From the IMG/VR virus record IMGVR_UViG_3300030325_000004, positions 1 to 55,554 of that record: a stretch of DNA of 55,554 nt. One strand, 5' to 3'. The notes below the pieces were generated by a model, which was not told the DNA's origin, searched no databases, and worked only from the letters and a program-made list of their open reading frames with translations. Shown piece after piece: positions 44,635 to 55,116 of this stretch. Made by a program: the position numbers and the translations under genes. Position 1 is the first letter of the stretch; each line of letters opens with the position of its first letter. Origin of the DNA: a virus. Lineage: Duplodnaviria; Caudoviricetes.

Positions 44635-45600
44635 TCAAGGTGTCAAAGCGGATGAAATCCGGCTTTCCCACTTGGCGAGTTCTTCCGCGCTCATCTTATG
44701 ACTGTTGTGCATAAAATAATCGAGGTCCTTCTCGGTCAGGGGTTCATCGGATTTCGGTTTAGTAGAGATTTGCGTATTGGTCTTGACGGGGGCCGCGATT
44801 TCAGCCGCTCCGGGCGTACTCGCCGTGACTACCTTCTTGGCGGGTGTGGTGGATTGTTTGAAGGCGTCAAGGACGAGAATGCGGTCCTTCGCGGTTGAAG
44901 GGACGGACCCATCAAAAATCGCTCGGAAAATGGGCGGGGCTTCGTTGTTGATCCACGCTACCATCTCGTCGGAATTCACAACCTGCTCATAATCAGGGTG
45001 GATCTTTGAGACTTCGGAATAGATCGTTCGAGCAAGCGTTTCCTGCTCGGTCAACTTAACCCGTTCCTCCTGGGCATTTTTCCACTTCTCGAAATCTGCC
45101 AGCCTGCGCTCAAGCTCAGACTTGACTCGCTCAGCATTTCGCTTAACGATCTTGGCGACTTCGGGAAGGTCGCGCTCAAGTTCTTCCAAGTCATCATCCA
45201 CGGGCTCTACCTTAGTGGGTTCCTTGGGTTTCTTGGCGTCTTCGAGGATTTCCTTCAGCCGGTCTTCAGCTTCCTGCGCCCTGCGATTCGCCTCTTCAGC
45301 GATCTTCGCAGCCTCTGCGGCTTTGCGCTGGGCCTCATTCATACCCTTCAGAGAATCCTTGTACTTCTTCTCCAGGTCATTGGGCTCTGGAACGGGATCC
45401 GGGGTAGTAACGGGTTCCTGCGCGGCCTCTTCGACCACGGGTTCAGGGGCGGGGTCGGGCACGGTCTCGGGATCCTTAGTCTCTCCGACGGGATCCGAAA
45501 ACATGGCGGCGAACTCCTTGTCGGCCTTGGCGGCTTCCTCCTCAAACTGCTTGATCTTGCTCACTTCTTGCTCCTTTTGGACGGCATATGCTTGGTCCAT
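44635..45600 (-). CDS. scaffolding protein
   Basis: Acidic coiled coil, HPDYEQVVNSDEMVAWI; lies between portal and capsid. Confidence 0.8.
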   Translation of the reverse strand: MDQAYAVQKEQEVSKIKQFEEEAAKADKEFAAMFSDPVGETKDPETVPDPAPEPVVEEAAQEPVTTPDPVPEPNDLEKKYKDSLKGMNEAQRKAAEAAKIAEEANRRAQEAEDRLKEILEDAKKPKEPTKVEPVDDDLEELERDLPEVAKIVKRNAERVKSELERRLADFEKWKNAQEERVKLTEQETLARTIYSEVSKIHPDYEQVVNSDEMVAWINNEAPPIFRAIFDGSVPSTAKDRILVLDAFKQSTTPAKKVVTASTPGAAEIAAPVKTNTQISTKPKSDEPLTEKDLDYFMHNSHKMSAEELAKWESRISSALTP

Positions 45601-45619
45601 TTATATAATGGAACGGTTC

Positions 45620-45856
45620 TCACAATTGAGTCTTGGTTCCACTCATACTCATAGTTTTTAATACATCATCACGCAAAGTCAATATATATTTGATGATTGA
45701 AAGCTCACCCTGCAAACGCTTAAGGCTTGTCTCTGGGCAAACGGACAGGTCATCCAGCTTTTCAATCTTCAGATGGTTCATATAAACCATGAAGTTATCC
45801 CAATCTGGACGCCTCACGAGGGATGCAAGGGATTCAGCCGTCTTATTGTCCAGCAT
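45620..45856 (-). CDS. small head-module protein
   Basis: RLQGE motif; typical position after the portal. Confidence 0.65.
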   Translation of the reverse strand: MLDNKTAESLASLVRRPDWDNFMVYMNHLKIEKLDDLSVCPETSLKRLQGELSIIKYILTLRDDVLKTMSMSGTKTQL

Positions 45857-48083
45857 TCATACCTCCCATATCCGTCGGCATGGTGGATTCCTGGGGCATG
45901 GCGGTGGCATCAGGGGGCATCTGCGTGGGCTGCGGAGCTTGGCCACCCGGAGGCATACCGACGCCCAGTTTCTGTGACATTTCGATGTCTTTTTCAAGGA
46001 TGGCTAGTTCCTGCTGATCCGCGAATGCCTTGTTCTCAAGGATGTTCTTGTGTTTCATCATTTCTAGCGCAGCGGCAGATTGCGGGTCCAATTCATTCAT
46101 GAGGGACAGGAGCTTCCCATACATGATCGGATAGATGGGATCAGTGGGAGGCGTCTTCTCCAGGATCTGGAGAACGGCATCTGCCGGGGTTGTCTGGGCC
46201 TTGGGCTTGGGAAGGTTCTGGACCTGGGCAATCTGGGCCTGCTGCTGGACTTGCGCCTGCTGATCCTGCTGGCGCTTCTTCATGACTTCCTGATCGCTAA
46301 GGATCACATTGTCATTGATGACATCCAACGCCCGGAATACTTCCTTCATCAGCTCAGGCATATTGATGTAGTCTGCACCACCGGGGATCTGGCCAACCGC
46401 CTGTAACAGTTCCGCAAGCCTCTGGCTGGTTAGTTCCTTGGCCATGAGGCCCTGAACGCCAGACGCCTTCACGGTCATGTCGCCCTTGATGCTCGGGTCA
46501 GGGCAATACTGCATCTCCCAGTCATACAGCGCCCTGATCATGGGCTTGGTTAGGTAATTATCCACGTTGAAGATCACGGATTTGATGTAGGAGTCAGCCG
46601 CCCCAAAGAGCATGGACATCCCACCCATCGTCCGGTTATGCTCCGAGTTCATGCCGGATGACATATCGGGTATGGAGGTGACCTCGTTCACGAAGGCCCG
46701 GAAGATATCCTGGATGACCTTGAGTTCAGCCAGAATGGGATCAATCTTCTGGAACCGCACGGGGGGCTCGGTGATGCCCTCGATGTTCTTGACGGCCCAG
46801 ATACCCCAAGGAACGATCTGGTCCACCTTCGTTCCGGGCATGACGCGGTTCACATCATAGATAACCTGAGGACCAGCGGCCATGCCCATGTTTTCGACCA
46901 TGGCGCGGGAAGAGGCATTGATGATCGCCTGGGGATCCGCCATCTTCTCAGGGAGTCCGCGTCCCCAGATCTTGTAGGGCACCTTTTCATAGGGCACGAT
47001 GAAGAACGGGATGCGCTGGGAAGCGGTGCTGGAAACGGAAATCTTCACGCAGTAATTGCCGACGATCCAGATATTGCAAAGATGCAGTTTGTTCGCATCA
47101 TTGTCGTCGCCCATGTCATACCCGGCATTGCTCAATTCGCGGGAACTGAGATACCCCCAGTATTCAAGGACGGTATACCGGCTGGACAGATAAGCTGCCT
47201 GAGACCGGCGGTTAATGATGTCCATGAACCCTTCCCAGGGCTCGGAATACCAGTTGCCGTCAGGATTCTGGTCCAAGGATGTGGCGATTTCATCAGCGTC
47301 AAATCCCTTGCCACGGGCCAGTTCTACCACCTGAGCCTTGGACATGACATGCCGATGGATGCACCACATGGCGTCATCCATGGAATATGCGCCGGGATCC
47401 GGGTAGAACTCAAACGGGGAGAGCCATTCCATCGTGGCCCGCCACTCATCATCCGGGTCAGAGGCCAGAACATACTTGGATTCCTGGACCTTCATGCCGA
47501 GGAACCCCTTGATCTTCTCGATGGCCGACTGCTCCTTGAGAACCCACTTCTTGGGCTTCGCCGGAGTTGCAATCGGCCCCTTGAAGACCATCGTGCCCAT
47601 CGTGACGAGATCCAGAACACCACGGGCCAGCTTCTCTTCCCAGTGGGATTCGGTCAGGTCATCATCAATGCGGTTCCGCATCCCATCACAAGCAGTCTTG
47701 GCTGCGGTAATCTCCTGCTTGAAGGCTGGATCAAGCTCTGGGATCGACTGTGCCGCCTGCGGAGTAAGACCCATCTTGACCAATTCAGGATGTGGGGTTG
47801 GCTCAACATCCCACGGGAACCCAGAGGCACCGGCAAGAATCGCCATGACCCGCGAATACGCAGCCATGGTCTTCATCTGGGTGATGTTCACGAAGACGGA
47901 TGATGCGCCTTCGCGGAAGGTCACGGACGGGCCATATTCTCCGTTGAAGTTCTGCATGGCCTCGATCCACAACTGTTCCTGGAGAACGCGCTGGGTCCGG
48001 CTAAGGGAGAACTTGGTTTGGATGAGGGACGCAAGGCCGCTGGTTGCGGAACTGGCACTGAGGTCAACCTGCTGCTGGTCCAT
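45843..48083 (-). CDS. portal protein (P22-like)
   Basis: VFVNITQMK, FYPDP, VLEYWG, WGRGLPE, RTMGGMSML; Q-rich barrel tail. Confidence 0.92.
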   Translation of the reverse strand: MDQQQVDLSASSATSGLASLIQTKFSLSRTQRVLQEQLWIEAMQNFNGEYGPSVTFREGASSVFVNITQMKTMAAYSRVMAILAGASGFPWDVEPTPHPELVKMGLTPQAAQSIPELDPAFKQEITAAKTACDGMRNRIDDDLTESHWEEKLARGVLDLVTMGTMVFKGPIATPAKPKKWVLKEQSAIEKIKGFLGMKVQESKYVLASDPDDEWRATMEWLSPFEFYPDPGAYSMDDAMWCIHRHVMSKAQVVELARGKGFDADEIATSLDQNPDGNWYSEPWEGFMDIINRRSQAAYLSSRYTVLEYWGYLSSRELSNAGYDMGDDNDANKLHLCNIWIVGNYCVKISVSSTASQRIPFFIVPYEKVPYKIWGRGLPEKMADPQAIINASSRAMVENMGMAAGPQVIYDVNRVMPGTKVDQIVPWGIWAVKNIEGITEPPVRFQKIDPILAELKVIQDIFRAFVNEVTSIPDMSSGMNSEHNRTMGGMSMLFGAADSYIKSVIFNVDNYLTKPMIRALYDWEMQYCPDPSIKGDMTVKASGVQGLMAKELTSQRLAELLQAVGQIPGGADYINMPELMKEVFRALDVINDNVILSDQEVMKKRQQDQQAQVQQQAQIAQVQNLPKPKAQTTPADAVLQILEKTPPTDPIYPIMYGKLLSLMNELDPQSAAALEMMKHKNILENKAFADQQELAILEKDIEMSQKLGVGMPPGGQAPQPTQMPPDATAMPQESTMPTDMGGMNAGQ

Positions 48084-49481
48084 TTAGTACCCCACCTTCG
48101 AGTCCGCCGGGCGGAATTGTTTGATCTCAATTTTCTTCTGGAATCGCTTTGGCATTTCACCTTGCTCTTCGATATTCATACAGATATATCTTAGCGGGTC
48201 AACAAGATCGTCGTTTGTTTTAATTACCACTTCGCCTCCGGTCTCGGAGGTTTTAGTTCTATATGTTCTCATCTCCTGCAACAGTTTGCTGCATGTCGTG
48301 AATATATACAACCTACCAGATCCGATAAGCCTTCTGACCTCTTCAACTGATGGCCTCCAGGATCCAGAGTGATTTTTAGCGCTCACAATATCAAGCCCCT
48401 CGTCTTGATAAATGGACGCAGTACTAATAAGCGTACCCTGCCCCTTTTGGAAGGCCGATTTATCAATCACAAATTTAACACCCCAATGCTTTAGGTGGGA
48501 TGAGTGTTCAACCGCCGTTTTCCCTGCACACTTATACTCATTTGTAATATAAATAGTCTTCGAGTCATCATCAATTGCAGCCATCAACGCGCCAGTCGGA
48601 TGATTCCCACCAACATCAAGCCCTCCTAACCTACGCCAATGTGCGGGGATCTCAAATGGTTCAATGGTGTATTCCTCTTCCGCGAAGCTAAATACCTTGC
48701 CGGAACTGGTAATGGGTTTACCATCGCGCCGGGCTGCGAGATCAGCATCAGACATACCGGCGTGAAGTCGCTTCAGGGCTTCTTCGGTCAGATGAGGCAC
48801 CTCTGTCTGGGAGATGAAGTGCTTAAACACATTTGGATCTTGGATCAGTTCGTCATAAAGCGGCGTGATACCATCAACAGGCGTGAATGAATACAGCAGC
48901 AGCCCATTACAGGCCGCGAGGCGAGTCTTAATTTCGGTGTTCACATCAGCCGGTGGTTCCTCGTCGCACCATGCACCACCATCAAGCGTTGTTCCCATGA
49001 ATTTTTCAAGGCCCTGGTCGTAAGAAAAGAACTGTATATTTGACCAACCACCATCAACATGTTTCACATCAACACGATCAAATGCGGCTGGGACATTGGT
49101 TTTCTTCAATACGGTCGCCGTATTGATGAGGTGCTTTGGGATCATGCCAGTCCCAAGCCTTCCGATGCTTCCGAATAATTTGCGCTGGATTGTGTCGCGT
49201 ACTCGAAGGCCAGTTACCCCCGCAGCCCACCACTCGGTTGCATGAACAAGCCTAATCCCCCTCCACCAATCAGGATATAAACCCGTCAGATGGCAGGCAA
49301 CCATATAAGACACAAGGGTCGTTTTCCCGATTTGATTCCCCGCAATCAAAGCAGCGGTTAGACTTGTCGTATTGGAAAATGGCAACTGACAGTCATAAGG
49401 CTTAAACGATACGAGCTTGTTCTCCTCCTCCTTCTGCTTTAGGGCAGTAAGGGCCATCAGCAAATCGCGTTCATTCCCCAT
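48084..49481 (-). CDS. terL: terminase large subunit
   Basis: AGNQIGKT (Walker A), WCDEEP (Walker B), FTP, GLDVG, DDLVDPLRY. Confidence 0.95.
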   Translation of the reverse strand: MGNERDLLMALTALKQKEEENKLVSFKPYDCQLPFSNTTSLTAALIAGNQIGKTTLVSYMVACHLTGLYPDWWRGIRLVHATEWWAAGVTGLRVRDTIQRKLFGSIGRLGTGMIPKHLINTATVLKKTNVPAAFDRVDVKHVDGGWSNIQFFSYDQGLEKFMGTTLDGGAWCDEEPPADVNTEIKTRLAACNGLLLYSFTPVDGITPLYDELIQDPNVFKHFISQTEVPHLTEEALKRLHAGMSDADLAARRDGKPITSSGKVFSFAEEEYTIEPFEIPAHWRRLGGLDVGGNHPTGALMAAIDDDSKTIYITNEYKCAGKTAVEHSSHLKHWGVKFVIDKSAFQKGQGTLISTASIYQDEGLDIVSAKNHSGSWRPSVEEVRRLIGSGRLYIFTTCSKLLQEMRTYRTKTSETGGEVVIKTNDDLVDPLRYICMNIEEQGEMPKRFQKKIEIKQFRPADSKVGY

Positions 49482-50017
49482 ACCACAAAAGTATATTGCG
49501 CGGAGTGGCAATATGCAACATAATGATGGTCGGGTGTGGTAAACGACATTTTTGGAGGTCCTCAATGAAGAAGCCCAGCAACAAGCCCGCGCCGAAGGGC
49601 AGCCGCCAGGAATACGAAGTGATGCAGGCGTCTACCCAGGGCGCGAAGAAGGGCACTGGCGAGCCCAAGAAGTAAGTCTCTGGCCCTTCTGGGCAGAGCC
49701 GGGGGGAACCGAGATTCAAGGTTCCCCCCTTTTCTTTATCGCTCAACATCAATTGCGAATAGGAATCTTTTCTATCTGGTCCAATGCCATCTAGAGGAGT
49801 GGTCTGTTCGTAGTGTCAAAACAGAGAAAAGAAGCTAAATGGAGAAGGTGGTCTGTGGTAAGTGAGATCTGTCTGGGATGGGGTGGTTGACAGACGATGG
49901 CTGGAGAAGCACTCTTTGTTGTGGTTCCGACAAAGAAAGAAAAGAAGCAAAAGAAAGAAACTTAGTACAGTACTTAAAAGATTAAAAGATAAAAGATTAA
50001 AAACTTCAGGGAGAACT

Positions 50018-50272
50018 ATGTTCAGAATTACAAACAAGTGGCTCCACGAAAACTCGACCTCATCTACTGGGAACGGATTCAGCAAGGCTCAGCTCGCGGT
50101 GCTAGGCATTGAATGGCCCCCGCAGAAGGGATGGGCACTAGAATTGATGGGCAGACCAATCCCTATTGAAGTAAAACTGGAATTCGAGTCCTACCGCCAT
50201 ACCTCGCCCAAGGACATCCAGAAGATGAAGAACCCCAAACGGTGCCCCCACTGTGGAAAAGAGATTGATTGA
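50018..50272 (+). CDS. hypothetical protein
   Basis: GGGAG RBS; AQLAVLGIEWPPQKGW; CPHC. Confidence 0.65.
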   Translation: MFRITNKWLHENSTSSTGNGFSKAQLAVLGIEWPPQKGWALELMGRPIPIEVKLEFESYRHTSPKDIQKMKNPKRCPHCGKEID

Positions 50273-50498
50273 CAGATTATGGAACTCCACCGAAATCTCG
50301 ACCCACTCGAAAATCTCTCCTTCTTCAAGGACCAATGTCTGGTATGCGGGAGATTGGTCATCGAGGCCATCGAGGAAGAGGTTGCCGAGAGCTGGGCCGT
50401 TTGCAGGTGCGGCCATGTATTCCCCTGCAAGAATCGCATCCGTTGGCACTAGAACTTGCGCGTTTTAGAATTTGATGTAAACTGATGGTGGTGAGAGA

Positions 50499-50702
50499 GT
50501 GAATCGAGACATGCTCTGGTCCAGAATGAAGACTGCCGGGATTACTCAGTCCAAGCGTCAGGACTGTCCTCCCGATGCAGACCTCAAGATCGTCCTACAA
50601 CATGCACAGGTATCGGCCAAAGGGTTGATTGACTTCCTCTGCTCTCTTGACTCGAAACCCGCGAGTTCTCTTGCGCGTGATGAAGAAAAGCCTATATTTT
50701 AA
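50499..50702 (+). CDS. hypothetical protein
   Basis: ORF with a plausible RBS. Confidence 0.45.
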   Translation: MNRDMLWSRMKTAGITQSKRQDCPPDADLKIVLQHAQVSAKGLIDFLCSLDSKPASSLARDEEKPIF

Positions 50703-50735
50703 GTATCGCCTCGATAGGCGATCATGGGAGTTAGA

Positions 50736-50912
50736 ATGTCTAACAAGGCACGATGGATTCGCACGACCTCGGGGTGGGCTGGCCGTAAGGGGTTCATCTT
50801 CGGCGCAGAGAAGGGCAATGGTGGCAAGTATGGCTACCGTGAATATCTTGGAATCGAGACGGTTTATTCTGATCTCATTTCCGAGTTGAAGAAGCTGGCC
50901 GATCAGGAATGA
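50736..50912 (+). CDS. small hypothetical protein
   Basis: GGGAG RBS; ATGA-coupled to the next gene. Confidence 0.55.
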   Translation: MSNKARWIRTTSGWAGRKGFIFGAEKGNGGKYGYREYLGIETVYSDLISELKKLADQE

Positions 50913-51514
50913 CTCACGAAGAGTGGCTAGAAGCGCGTAAACTCGGGGTCTCTGGCTCTGACATCGCCTGCATCATGGGTGCCAATCCCTACAAGTCGGA
51001 AGAGCAGCTTCTTCTCGACAAACTGGGGGTTGGCAAACCCTTTGTCGGTAATGCCGCGACCAGGGCCGGTCAGCGTTTGGAGCCCCTCGTCGCCAACTGG
51101 TGGGCCAAGCGAAACCAGAAGATCATCATCAATGGGGCCTTCACCGTTTCAGAAGAAGACCCGCGATTCATCGGAACCCCGGACTTCCTGACCATATTTG
51201 GCGGCATCGACACCAAGACAGGGGCCTACCATATCTACAAGGATGGCTGCCCAAAGTATTATGAACTCCAGACCCGCTGGTATAACATGATCCACGGAGG
51301 GGATCACTGGGACATCGTGGTATGCATCGTCCCTAAAGATCGGTCAGAGATTCCTCTTCATGAATCTGATGATTTTCTTTTTCAATGGGTGCAGAATCGC
51401 CCAGTTCGAGAGTTTCCGTTTCATCGGGATCGAGCGATTGAACAGACAATGCGGGAAGCGGCGTTGCGGTTCCTAGACCGTCTTGAAGCCCTGAAGCGTC
51501 AAGGACGCTCTTGA
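50909..51514 (+). CDS. YqaJ-like (lambda exonuclease family) nuclease
   Basis: EEWLEARKLGVSGSDIA...G..LEP...TPD...IDTKT...YELQ. Confidence 0.9.
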   Translation: MTHEEWLEARKLGVSGSDIACIMGANPYKSEEQLLLDKLGVGKPFVGNAATRAGQRLEPLVANWWAKRNQKIIINGAFTVSEEDPRFIGTPDFLTIFGGIDTKTGAYHIYKDGCPKYYELQTRWYNMIHGGDHWDIVVCIVPKDRSEIPLHESDDFLFQWVQNRPVREFPFHRDRAIEQTMREAALRFLDRLEALKRQGRS

Positions 51515-52091
51515 GGCTGGGATCCGCCTCCAGCATCCGACGAACCCGGTCACGGATCTGCTCCACCGTCATCTGAGAATACTCATCGCGCTGTTCAATG
51601 ACTTGTTTTTCCTGGAAGCGCTTGTTTGAACGGGCCGCATGGCGTAGAAGCACATCTACCTTGAGCTTGTCTGCTGCCACATTCTCCCGGTCCGTATTGA
51701 TCCCAATATCCAGCGCCTTTTCACCGAGACGGTGACCTCGAATTTCCTCTGCCCGTTCGTATTCGCGGAGGAAGTCAGGGTGGTTATCAAACCACGAGTA
51801 GATCTCCTGCATGGTAGGCATCCCTCGAACTTCACATAGTTCTGGTAGGGAGATACCTTCAGAGATCTGAGTCACGATATAGAGCATCATTTTCTTGCGG
51901 TTGAGGATCTTGTCATCCACGATCCATTCCTGCTTGTAATCCATCTTCCGCAGCTCCTTCATCCTTCTATTGTAAAGCGCAAGCCTCTCCTTGGCCTTGC
52001 GGTCCCCGAACTGAGCCGCAAGCCTGAGTTCATAGGACTCCTTTAACTGCTTCTTGGAGACCTTGAACTTGAAGTATTTACTGTTTGCCAT
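51333..52091 (-). CDS. terS: terminase small subunit (Sf6-like)
   Basis: ISEGISLPELC...MPTMQEIYSW...FLREYERA...KLKVD. Confidence 0.75.
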   Translation of the reverse strand: MANSKYFKFKVSKKQLKESYELRLAAQFGDRKAKERLALYNRRMKELRKMDYKQEWIVDDKILNRKKMMLYIVTQISEGISLPELCEVRGMPTMQEIYSWFDNHPDFLREYERAEEIRGHRLGEKALDIGINTDRENVAADKLKVDVLLRHAARSNKRFQEKQVIEQRDEYSQMTVEQIRDRVRRMLEADPSLKSVLDASGLQDGLGTATPLPALSVQSLDPDETETLELGDSAPIEKENHQIHEEESLTDL

Positions 52092-52245
52092 TGTATTTCA
52101 GATCCAGATCCTCAATGGAAGGGATGCCACCTGGCTTCCACTCGATGCAGACCATCCCCCGCTGGAAGACCCACACCTCTCCAGCCATCGGATCATTGCG
52201 CTTGTAGACCAACCGGTAAGGCCCAACCCAGTCATTGATTTTCAT
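52078..52245 (-). CDS. small hypothetical protein (55 aa)
   Basis: MKINDWVGPYRLVYKRNDPMAGEVWVFQRG...; paralogous to neighbours. Confidence 0.6.
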   Translation of the reverse strand: MKINDWVGPYRLVYKRNDPMAGEVWVFQRGMVCIEWKPGGIPSIEDLDLKYNGKQ

Positions 52246-52461
52246 GTTCACCACCATTTCAGGTTGGGGAAATACTTGATAGTCAGGCAGCGTAGGTAGG
52301 TGTCAGAGAAGAAATGGCTGTATTTGATGGACCATCCCCAATCTGTAACCCTTCGCCAAGTCTCCAACGAACAGGCCCACGCGATAAACGGGATAGACAG
52401 GAACCTAGCCATTTCTCTCTTATTCATCCCACGCTCCAGTAGTAACCCCATAACCCAAAAT

Positions 52462-52536
52462 TCAGACCTCACCCCACATGGGATTATTCTTCTTGTAAAC
52501 CAACCGGTAAGGGCCTACGGAATCATTCGGATTCAT
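52462..52536 (-). pseudogene. truncated paralogue of 52078-52245
   Basis: MNPNDSVGPYRLVYKKNNPMWGEV* has TGA where the paralogue has TGG. Confidence 0.5.
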
Positions 52537-52783
52537 AGTCCACCTGGAGAGAATTGATCTTCTTGCCCTTATCCTTCAACTCTTGATAGATCCGCGCAGC
52601 CAACTGGTCCAGCATGAATTCGCGGTCATGGGGAGACAGAATGGCCGTGAAGTACTCGTCGTATTTAATCCCTACCGTAATGGCCTCATTCCCTCTGGAA
52701 AAGATCCAGACATGCCCATGCTCCGTATCGGTAGAAGCCTCCACGATGCAACCAGCAAACTTATCGCCTTTTTCGAGAATCAC
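52523..52783 (-). CDS. hypothetical protein
   Basis: GGAGG RBS; GHVWIFSRG. Confidence 0.65.
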   Translation of the reverse strand: MILEKGDKFAGCIVEASTDTEHGHVWIFSRGNEAITVGIKYDEYFTAILSPHDREFMLDQLAARIYQELKDKGKKINSLQVDYESE

Positions 52784-52821
52784 GATAGACCTCCCACTGG
52801 ATTACCAAAACGCGCAGAAAG

Positions 52822-53013
52822 TTAGTCATGGGAATCCCTCTTCCGAAGGGCCAGCGTCTTCTCCACCCATTCAATCGGGACTCCGGGTTTCCCATCCGGG
52901 TCGCGGTCACACGGAATGGACTTGCGCAGACACCGCTGATAGATATTTTGTCGCGTGGTCCCCAACTCGCGGGCCACCCTTGAGAATGAATAATGACTAG
53001 ACCAGAAATCCAT
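52822..53013 (-). CDS. HTH DNA-binding protein
   Basis: FSRVARELGTTRQNIYQR. Confidence 0.7.
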   Translation of the reverse strand: MDFWSSHYSFSRVARELGTTRQNIYQRCLRKSIPCDRDPDGKPGVPIEWVEKTLALRKRDSHD

Positions 53014-53944
53014 GTAAACTCCCAATACCAAGTATGCAGTAACCCGTAAACCTGTCAACCATCCAACCCCATCCATAGTTCATGAACCGTGAACGCTATG
53101 CAGAAATAGACAAAATAGAATTCACTCAACACTGGAGCCACTCTAACCTCAGTATCACAGGAACCAGACTTGAGGCTCGTAAACTCAAAACCAATTCTTG
53201 CCCCTGTCCATACCGCATATTGCAATAGGCTACCCCATGTATTCAACCATTGAGTCATACACCATTTAACCATACTCACTATTCAAATTATTATACTCTA
53301 CATAGATTCACTAGGTAGTCTCAACCCCGTGTCTGGAGAGACCAAACCATCGAACTACAGTATGCGCTATTCCATTATAAGGCTCGTCATACTGCAATAG
53401 CCGTGTAAACTCACCCTTGATTTGAGCCCGTATTCGGAGTGGTGTGCTTCTTCCCCCGCTACCCATGTTCCCGCTGGTCCCCTCCCAGGGGGGCTTCCTG
53501 GGGGTTGCGGGATGGAGGCATGGCGCTAGGCAAGGCACGGGGACACGGCCTGTTGAGGGCCCTGGAAGGGCTCTGGTGGCGGCTCTTGGCTGTGCTGGTG
53601 TAGCGCCGTCGCGGCTCCCGAGGCTTATTCCCGTGCTGCGTAAACCTTGTTTATTGCCCAAGGGTGGCGTGCAGTGTGGGGAAGTGCTTCATCGGATGTC
53701 CATTGCATAGGTTTCTTGTTCGTAGCTCGCGGCCGAAAGCGGCCTTCTAGTCTGTGTGTTGTCTGTATGTATTGGATGATCGAACCTGCAGGCCCGCGAG
53801 TTGCGCTGGCGAGTGTCTACTTTGTTTACAGTCTATTCTCTAAGATGCGAGATGCCGTATTCCCAGGCGGCAATATAAAAACATTAGACTTAGGTATTTT
53901 GCATCATAGAGTTGCATCGGGCGCAGGGGAACCGATATTGGTCT

Positions 53945-54421
53945 ATGGAGGAGTCAATGGACCAACGCGTTTTTAGGCTATTTTGCAGGCATTTTGAGCG
54001 GCTATCTGATTCCGAGTGCTGGATGTGGACCGGATGGCGCGACGCAAATGGGTATGGTAGATTTATGGTCCAGCGCAAGCCGCGAGCAGCACACAGGCTA
54101 TTATATGAACACATGGTTGGTCCGATAGGTAACGGCCTTGTGTTGGACCATATCTGCCATAACCCAGCGTGCGTGAATCCTAGCCACCTGCGACAATGCA
54201 CGAACTCCCAAAATGTTAGAAATAGCGTTAAGCGCAAAGGTGAGTCGAGGTTTAAGGGCGTTACAAGGGCGCGCAATAAATGGGCCGCGAGAATCCATGT
54301 TGAGGGTGTCTCGTTTTATTTAGGATCGTTCAACACCGAGGAGGAAGCGCACGCAGCCTATTGCCGAAGGGCCGAGATGCTGTTTGGCGAATACTTCAAC
54401 GATGGGCGTGTTGCGAAATGA
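53945..54421 (+). CDS. free-standing HNH endonuclease with AP2 domain
   Basis: CWMWTG...GYG...AHR...LDHICHNPACVNPSHL...N; SRFKGV...YLGSF.TEEEAHAAY. Confidence 0.92.
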   Translation: MEESMDQRVFRLFCRHFERLSDSECWMWTGWRDANGYGRFMVQRKPRAAHRLLYEHMVGPIGNGLVLDHICHNPACVNPSHLRQCTNSQNVRNSVKRKGESRFKGVTRARNKWAARIHVEGVSFYLGSFNTEEEAHAAYCRRAEMLFGEYFNDGRVAK

Positions 54422-54559
54422 CATGTCATTATGCCTCATGTTGCATTGTGCCGCTGGCCCGCGGACTGTCTTTGCTTGATTCTATTGGAGTTTGAGTTTG
54501 GCATGAATCTAGCAACCAATTAACCGGCCATGAATGGCCCAACCTGAAGGGAACATGAC

Positions 54560-54925
54560 ATGAAATACTCGAAGGCCGAGATCGCCGAATCCCGCGAGAC
54601 GCTCCTCCAGTGGCTCAAGCCTGGGATGACCGTCTACACTGCGCTTGATCATGTCAGCCGCTCTGGAATGAGCCGCAATATCCGCCTGATCCTCTTGGAG
54701 GAGGACTACCCGCGCTACCTGACCTACCATGCCGCCCGCGTTTTGGGCTATCCCATGGCTCACGATGCCATCAAGATCGGCGGCTGCGGGATGGACATGG
54801 GATTCGCCCTGGTCTACGAGCTGGGCATGAAGCTGTGGCCCGACGGGACGCCCGAGCCCCACGGCCAGCGTAACGGGGAGCCCGATTCCAACGGCGGGTA
54901 TGCTCTCCGTCAGAGGTGGATCTGA
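54560..54925 (+). CDS. hypothetical phage early protein
   Basis: HVSRSGMSR...GGCGMDMGF motif; AAGGGA RBS. Confidence 0.8.
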   Translation: MKYSKAEIAESRETLLQWLKPGMTVYTALDHVSRSGMSRNIRLILLEEDYPRYLTYHAARVLGYPMAHDAIKIGGCGMDMGFALVYELGMKLWPDGTPEPHGQRNGEPDSNGGYALRQRWI

Positions 54926-55116
54926 TGCTCCGAACCCGTCTCATCTACATCCCCGTGCTCGTCTGCATTGCCGTCTATATCTTGTTGTATATCTATGAGG
55001 CTTTGGAGATGGTTAAGGTGGTGCTGCTCTAGCCCGTGCCGCGTCTCCCGTCTCGTCTGTTTCGCTTCGCTCAACTCAACTCAACTTCGCCGGGACCCGG
55101 CCACGAAAGGGCTCAA

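Noticed and set aside
26369-48890. Many + strand ORFs within the structural module
   Set aside because: Antisense shadows of long, motif-supported - strand genes in GC-rich DNA.
52462-52464. TGA-to-Trp genetic code reassignment
   Set aside because: A single instance. Many genes end in TGA with ATGA coupling, and the long genes have no internal TGA apart from the intron boundary.
55035-55088. Pentamer-like run (cgtct, ttcgc, tcaac repeats)
   Set aside because: Short and low-complexity; I cannot support a function.
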